Source: an uncultured Clostridia bacterium (GTDB taxonomy: Bacteria; Bacillota; Clostridia; TANB77; CAG-508). Taken from it: 32,000 nt of DNA. The position numbers and the translations under genes were made by a program. Shown one piece after another: positions 27,067 through 32,000 of the stretch (its first letter is position 1; the number at the start of each line of letters is the position of its first letter). Under the pieces are notes generated by a model. It searched no databases, was not told the DNA's origin, and saw only the letters and a program-made list of their open reading frames with translations. The stretch is from positions 13,018 to 45,017 of the forward strand of contig CANQSV010000001.1 of the NCBI GenBank assembly GCA_947626605.1. Direction: 5' to 3'.

Positions 27067-29826
27067 TTATTTTCTTCTTGAGAATTTTTTTTCTAAATCA
27101 AACTTGTTCATTTTTATTGCTGTTGGTCTTCCATGAGGACAAGTAAATGGATTTGGAAGTTTTAGTAATTCTTCCAATAAAGCATGTACTTCCTCATCAT
27201 TTAAAGCCATATTAGCTTTTACAGCAGCTTTGCAAGCAATTGTAGCAATAAATTTTTCTTCAATTTCTTGTTTAGCCGTTCTTGCAACAGTATTAATTTC
27301 ATCTAAAGTTTCTAAGAATAAAGCTTTTGTGTCTAAGTCGAAACATATATCTGGTACTCCAGTAAGTTTAATGGTATTTTCTCCAAAATAATCCAATTCA
27401 AATCCAGCTTTTTCAAATACATTCCAATTATCTCTTACTATATCCATTTCTTTATGTGTAAGATTGATTATGTCTGGTAGCAATAACATTTGTGAGTCCT
27501 TTTCTCCATCACTATAAAAATTTCTTTTAACTTTTTCATACATAATTCTTTCGTGAGCCGCATGTTGATCAATTATATATAGTTCTTGCTTTATTTCTAT
27601 TATTATATACGTAGAAAAAGCAATTCCTATGAACTTATAAGATGGAGCCTTGTATGTTTTTTTCTCCTCAAATACTGAAAAATTGTTATTTTTTATCGTC
27701 TCATATGGTGTAAAAGGTGTTTTTTCAGGCTCCTCCTCTACAGTAACTATATCATCTGCTGAGTTCTCCTTATCATCTTCTGTTTGCACTATTTTCTTTT
27801 TTCTACCAAATATCTTATCATACATTTCATCAAATTCAGGATCTTCTACATTATTAATAGTTTCATCCTGTGTTTTTGATTCTTCTTCATTTGAATCATC
27901 TAACTCTTCTGTATACTCTGAATCAAACTTTTTAGCCAAAGCTTTCTTTAAAATTCTATCTACATCATCTTCACTTGATTGTAAAATTTGATTGTTTGCA
28001 ACATAGTTTTCTTCTTCTTCCTCTTCAGCTATATCCTCTTCTTTTTCACTATCTTGTAAACTTTCTACACTTTTTACATTTTCTATGCTTTCCTCTTCTA
28101 GCTTATCAACTTCTTCAGCTATTTCTTCTTTATCTTCTTCGTCTTCTTTATCTTTCAAAACTTCTGATGAATTAACATTTTCTTCTACCTTGACATCTTC
28201 TTTGATATCTTCTTCAGCAACTTTTTTATCATCTATTTTTATTTCAACTGTACTTTCTTCTTTTTCTTCTAAAATTTCTTTATTAGCTTCTTCATCATTC
28301 TTTTCTTCTTTGTTTATGTCTTCAGAAATATTTTTTTCGACATTTTTTTCTTCTTCTTTTTCATCAACTTCTATAATAGACTCAATTTCAACTCTATCTT
28401 TTTCCAAGTTTCTTAATTCTTCTAATTTTCTTTTTTCATCTTCAAGCTTTTTTCTATCAAATACAATATTAGGATTATTATTTAAATCTTCTAACACTTG
28501 CTTTTGAAGCATTTCTATCTTATCAAACACATTAGCATTTATATTTAATTTAATATCATTTATACTTGCTGTGTTAACTGTTTCATAATCTTCTTTAGCT
28601 TCATTAATTGTTGACGTTTTTTGAGGATAATCACTTTCTTCTTTGTAATCCTCATTCTTATTTTCTTCACTATTTTTATTATATATATCTTCTACTAGAT
28701 TTTTTTCTGCAACTTCCCAATCCTCTTTCTTTTTCTTGTTTTTAAAGAATTTTCCAAACAATTTTTTCTCTTCTAATATTGTTAATCCATTTTCTATATT
28801 TTCTTCTTCTTTTTCTTTAACAACATTTTCAACCAATTCTGTTCTTGATAAAGCTTCTTTTATAGCATGATAAACAGCTTTAAATACAGTATTTTCATCA
28901 GCAAATCTCACTTCTAATTTTGCCGGATGAACATTAACATCTACTTTAGATGGATCCATTTCAACATTTAAAACTAAGAATCCATATTTACCTACTGTTA
29001 GAAGTCCTTTATATGCTTGTTCTGTTGCTCCTGCTAAAGTTTTATCTTTAACATATCTTTTGTTTACAAAAAATATTTGGTTTGTTCTATTTGATCTTGC
29101 AATTTCTGGTTTTCCTACTACTCCTTTAACTTTTATACCTTCATATTCATACTCTGTATCTACAGTTGCATTAGCAATGTCTTTGCCAAAAATGCTATAA
29201 ATTACATTATTTAAATTTCCATCTCCATATGTTTTTACTATAACTTTACCACTATTTACTAATTTAAAAGCTATATCAGGATTAATCAAAGCTAATCTTG
29301 TTATTACATCTTCAATATAACCTGCTTCTGTATAATCTTTTTTTAAGAATTTATATCTTACTGGGGTATTAAAAAATAAATTCTTAACTGTTATAGTTGT
29401 TCCGACAGGGCATCCTATTTCTTCTTTATCAATTACATTTCCAGCTTCAACAACGATTCTATTTCCTATTTCATCATTTTGTTGTTTAGATATTAATTCA
29501 ACATTAGCTATTGCTGCAACACTTGCTAAAGCTTCTCCTCTGAAACCCATAGACTTTACAACATCTAAATCTTCAGCTTTTCTTATTTTACTTGTTGCAT
29601 GTCTTTCAAAGGCAATTTCCATATCATCTTGTGCAATTCCTTTTCCATTATCTGTTATACGTATGTATGATATTCCACCATTTCTAATTTCTACTGAAAT
29701 ATTAGTTGCTCCAGCATCTATTGAATTTTCCACTAGCTCTTTTACTACTGATGCTGGTCTTTCTACTACCTCTCCTGCAGCTATTTTATTTATTGTTAAA
29801 TCATCTAATAAAACTATGTTTCCCAT
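27067..29826 (-). CDS. mutL: DNA mismatch repair endonuclease MutL with a greatly expanded acidic interdomain linker
   Basis: GHKL N-terminus (INKIAAGEVVERPASVVKELVENSIDAG). C-terminal DQHAAHERIMYE endonuclease motif, QMLLLP clamp-type motif, ACK and CPHGRP motifs. Start placed at ATG 29826, after GGGGGAA. Confidence 0.92.
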   Translation of the reverse strand: MGNIVLLDDLTINKIAAGEVVERPASVVKELVENSIDAGATNISVEIRNGGISYIRITDNGKGIAQDDMEIAFERHATSKIRKAEDLDVVKSMGFRGEALASVAAIANVELISKQQNDEIGNRIVVEAGNVIDKEEIGCPVGTTITVKNLFFNTPVRYKFLKKDYTEAGYIEDVITRLALINPDIAFKLVNSGKVIVKTYGDGNLNNVIYSIFGKDIANATVDTEYEYEGIKVKGVVGKPEIARSNRTNQIFFVNKRYVKDKTLAGATEQAYKGLLTVGKYGFLVLNVEMDPSKVDVNVHPAKLEVRFADENTVFKAVYHAIKEALSRTELVENVVKEKEEENIENGLTILEEKKLFGKFFKNKKKKEDWEVAEKNLVEDIYNKNSEENKNEDYKEESDYPQKTSTINEAKEDYETVNTASINDIKLNINANVFDKIEMLQKQVLEDLNNNPNIVFDRKKLEDEKRKLEELRNLEKDRVEIESIIEVDEKEEEKNVEKNISEDINKEEKNDEEANKEILEEKEESTVEIKIDDKKVAEEDIKEDVKVEENVNSSEVLKDKEDEEDKEEIAEEVDKLEEESIENVKSVESLQDSEKEEDIAEEEEEENYVANNQILQSSEDDVDRILKKALAKKFDSEYTEELDDSNEEESKTQDETINNVEDPEFDEMYDKIFGRKKKIVQTEDDKENSADDIVTVEEEPEKTPFTPYETIKNNNFSVFEEKKTYKAPSYKFIGIAFSTYIIIEIKQELYIIDQHAAHERIMYEKVKRNFYSDGEKDSQMLLLPDIINLTHKEMDIVRDNWNVFEKAGFELDYFGENTIKLTGVPDICFDLDTKALFLETLDEINTVARTAKQEIEEKFIATIACKAAVKANMALNDEEVHALLEELLKLPNPFTCPHGRPTAIKMNKFDLEKKFSRRK

Positions 29827-29861
29827 GATTTCCCCCATCAAAACTTATTCCATTTTGATTA

Positions 29862-29890
29862 ATTCTATCACAAAAGATTTTAAAAATCTA
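29862..29890 (-). promoter_or_regulatory. Possible extended -10 promoter of mutL
   Basis: On the minus strand, TAGATT (29885-29890), 17 nt, TGaTAGAAT (-10 hexamer at 29862-29867). Confidence 0.35.
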
Positions 29891-30033
29891 CATTTCTTAA
29901 ATTTTTATAAAAGTAAATTCATGAAGTTCATAAATAGAAAAAAACATTATAATTTTGAAAAAAGCGCATTGAAAGTAAATTTTATTAGAAATTCTTAACT
30001 AAATTTTATGGAAATATTTCACGCTGGTCTCCC

Positions 30034-31086
30034 CTACAACTCACATACTAACTCTTGCATCAAATCATGCACTGGTACAATTTTATCTATTCTATCTACA
30101 TTGCTTCCACAAAATACTAAGCCATCATTTACGTTTCCTTTTACTGAATTTATCAATGCTTCTGTAATACAATATGGACTGCTTGCTACATTGCAAGTTT
30201 TTATGCAATTATAACATCTATTTATTTTACAATTATCTTTTTCTACGTTTTTTATAAAATTATTATTTAAAGCTCTTCCAGGCATTCCAACTGGGCTATC
30301 TATTATCTTTATATCTTCTTTTTTGGCATTAACATAAGCCTCTTTAAATTCCATAGAAGCATCACATTCATTTGTTGCTACAAATCTTGTTGCAATTTGA
30401 ACACCATCAGCTCCTAAATCAAGATATTTTTTTATATCTTTTGAATCCCAAATTCCTCCTCCTACAACAACTGGAATCTCTTTTCCTGTTTCTTTTTCTA
30501 TTTCTTTTATATAATTAATGACATCTGCTGTTATATTTTCTAATTTATTTTCTCCATTTAATTCTTCCTTTTTAAAACCTAAATGGCCACCTGCTTCTGG
30601 ACCTTCAATTACTATCATATCTGGTATGTAATCATATTTTTTTCTCCAATGTTTAACTATGAGCTCACAGCATCTCAATGATGATACTATAGGAGCAATC
30701 TTAGTATTACTTCCTTTTACATATTCAGGCAATTCTTTAGGTATTCCAGCACCTGATACTATTAAATCTATCTTTTGATTAACACATTCTTTTACTATAT
30801 CAGCATAATTCTTTAGAGCTACCATCACATTAACTCCTATTATTTTGTCTTCTCCTGCAATTTTTCTTGCTTCTTCTATTTCTTTTCCAATTGCTCTTAA
30901 ATTAGCTTCCATTGGATTGATTTCAAAATCCTCTTCTTTATATCCTATATCTGCTGTTGATATTATTCCTATTCCGCCTTCTTTACTAACATTACCAGCT
31001 AGATTATGCATAGAAACTCCAACCCCCATTCCTCCTTGGACAATTGGATATTTGCTTACTTTATTTCCTATTTTTATTCCTTTCAA
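30034..31086 (-). CDS. NPD-family FMN-dependent oxidoreductase (nitronate monooxygenase/FabK-like TIM barrel) with a C-terminal Cys cluster
   Basis: YPIVQGGMGVGVS, GVNVM, and the GPEAGGHLG and GGGIWD motifs. TTG start at 31086 after AGAAGG. The first in-frame ATG would cut into the conserved GGMG motif. Confidence 0.8.
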   Translation of the reverse strand: MKGIKIGNKVSKYPIVQGGMGVGVSMHNLAGNVSKEGGIGIISTADIGYKEEDFEINPMEANLRAIGKEIEEARKIAGEDKIIGVNVMVALKNYADIVKECVNQKIDLIVSGAGIPKELPEYVKGSNTKIAPIVSSLRCCELIVKHWRKKYDYIPDMIVIEGPEAGGHLGFKKEELNGENKLENITADVINYIKEIEKETGKEIPVVVGGGIWDSKDIKKYLDLGADGVQIATRFVATNECDASMEFKEAYVNAKKEDIKIIDSPVGMPGRALNNNFIKNVEKDNCKINRCYNCIKTCNVASSPYCITEALINSVKGNVNDGLVFCGSNVDRIDKIVPVHDLMQELVCEL

Positions 31087-31221
31087 AATTATACCTTCTT
31101 TCTCTCTTATATTGTAATTATTATCAGTTTTTGTATTTAAATGTCACATTATGTCGTTTTGTCTTCTTTATTATCTAGTAACAAATACCATGTTATCACA
31201 TGTTATGTTCTATGTCAACAA

Positions 31222-31250
31222 TTGACTATTCACTTTATATATGATATTAT
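31222..31250 (+). promoter_or_regulatory. Sigma-A-type promoter of the DUF1836 gene
   Basis: TTGACT (31222-31227), 17 nt, TATTAT (31245-31250). A second TATAAT lies at 31255-31260. Confidence 0.45.
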
Positions 31251-31329
31251 CTTGTATAATAATGAAAAGTCTATCATCTTCTATGATAACTTTCCTAGAA
31301 TATAAAAAATTTTATAGGAGATATAAAAA

Positions 31330-31839
31330 ATGAAATATTCTGATTTTGAAATTGAAAAATTATTTCTACCAAAATGGGAAGAATTACCTAATATTGATTT
31401 ATATATGGACCAAATTATTACTTATTTGGATGATGTTTTATCTAATATAATTAAAACTGAAAAAACAGATAAAGAAGAAAAAATTATTACAAAAACAATG
31501 ATAAATAATTATGTTAAGCAAGATTTGCTTCCTGCTCCTATTAAAAAGAAATACACAAAAATACACATTGCAGAAATGATTGTAATTTGTATTTTGAAAG
31601 AAGTTTACAGTATTAATGAAATTAAAAATCTTATTGATTTAGCCTTATCTACATCTGAACCTGACATATGCTATAATAAATTTTGTCACTTTTTTTCCAA
31701 TTGTGTAACTTCTACTTTTAATGCAACACCTTATCCTAAAGATGAAAATCTTACTTCTGAACAGACTATTTTAAAAAATGTTGTTCAATCTTTCGTAAAT
31801 AAATTATACGTTCAAATAACTTATTTGCATATGCTTTAA
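31330..31839 (+). CDS. DUF1836-family protein (putative HTH DNA-binding protein)
   Basis: The pattern LPNIDLYMDQIITYLDD...TKTMINNYVKQDLLPAPIKKKYTKIHIAEMIVICILK matches DUF1836 as I remember it. RBS AGGAG. Confidence 0.65.
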   Translation: MKYSDFEIEKLFLPKWEELPNIDLYMDQIITYLDDVLSNIIKTEKTDKEEKIITKTMINNYVKQDLLPAPIKKKYTKIHIAEMIVICILKEVYSINEIKNLIDLALSTSEPDICYNKFCHFFSNCVTSTFNATPYPKDENLTSEQTILKNVVQSFVNKLYVQITYLHML

Positions 31840-31853
31840 TATTTTATACTTAA

Positions 31854-31890
31854 AGTGGTTATAGCCCAAAAGCTATAATCACTTTTTATT
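31854..31890 (+). terminator. Intrinsic terminator of the DUF1836 gene
   Basis: Stem AGTGGTTATAGC (31854-31865) / GCTATAATCACT (31872-31883) with one G-U pair, then TTTTATT. Confidence 0.7.
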
Positions 31891-31988
31891 TCAATTCCAT
31901 CCTATGTAACACTTTTTAACTAATATGAATAGTATATACCATACTAATGATTTTTAAGTTTTACATTTTGAAAGGAGGGAATTTCTTT

Positions 31989-32000
31989 ATGCCAGAAAAT
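31989..32000 (+). CDS. Start of an unidentified CDS running off the window (MPEN...)
   Basis: GGAGG (31974-31978) lies 10 nt before ATG 31989. Only four codons are visible. Confidence 0.35.

Noticed and set aside
27900-28500. Possible tandem DNA repeat or minisatellite in the mutL linker
   Set aside because: The region is compositionally biased (GAA/GAT/AAA codons), but I could not find a consistent repeat unit or period by eye.
27650-28507. Plus-strand ORFs rich in Ser/Phe/Leu (27650-27991, 27975-28175, 28085-28507)
   Set aside because: They are antisense shadows of the GAA/AAA/GAT-rich mutL linker. They have no RBS and are low-complexity, and the mutL frame on the opposite strand has clear homology on both sides.
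1-32000. CRISPR arrays, tRNA/rRNA genes, IS elements, integrases, toxin-antitoxin pairs and known defence-system genes
   Set aside because: I scanned the intergenic regions and the ORF list. There are no spaced direct repeats, no cloverleaf-like or rRNA-like sequence, and no transposase or recombinase motifs. Intergenic spacers are short and accounted for by promoters, terminators and the T-box.

Overview
Very AT-rich, gene-dense chromosomal segment from a low-GC Gram-positive, Clostridia-like organism. That placement rests on a T-box leader, disA/radA, sepF/divIVA, and a MutL with the endonuclease motif. Almost all genes are on the minus strand and most are housekeeping. In minus-strand transcription order they are: NPD-family flavin oxidoreductase; mutL-miaA; an HlyD-like membrane protein; sepF; divIVA; rsmD plus a coiled-coil protein; ftsK, a beta-CASP metallo-beta-lactamase RNase and a GH15 glycoside hydrolase; radA (frame-broken)-disA-membrane cyclophilin; T-box leader-unknown 172-aa ORF-valS; a small membrane protein; and a large polytopic membrane protein-lspA-rluD-rluB-S1-domain protein. 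On the plus strand are rplM-rpsI, a DUF1836 gene, and at the far left the 3' part of a conjugation-type coupling ATPase. That ATPase converges on a replication-relaxation-like gene, which looks like the edge of a mobile element. I saw no rRNA, tRNA, CRISPR array, transposase or integrase, and no recognisable defence system. The most unusual items are: (1) a valine-type T-box whose first regulated gene is an unrecognisable 172-aa acidic protein translationally coupled to valS; (2) the coupling-protein/Replic_Relax pair joined to the core S1-domain gene by an operon-like 17-nt junction; (3) a single-nucleotide frame break in radA; (4) a MutL interdomain linker expanded to about 400 acidic residues, with no mutS upstream. 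All functional calls come from motif recognition by eye, not from database searches.
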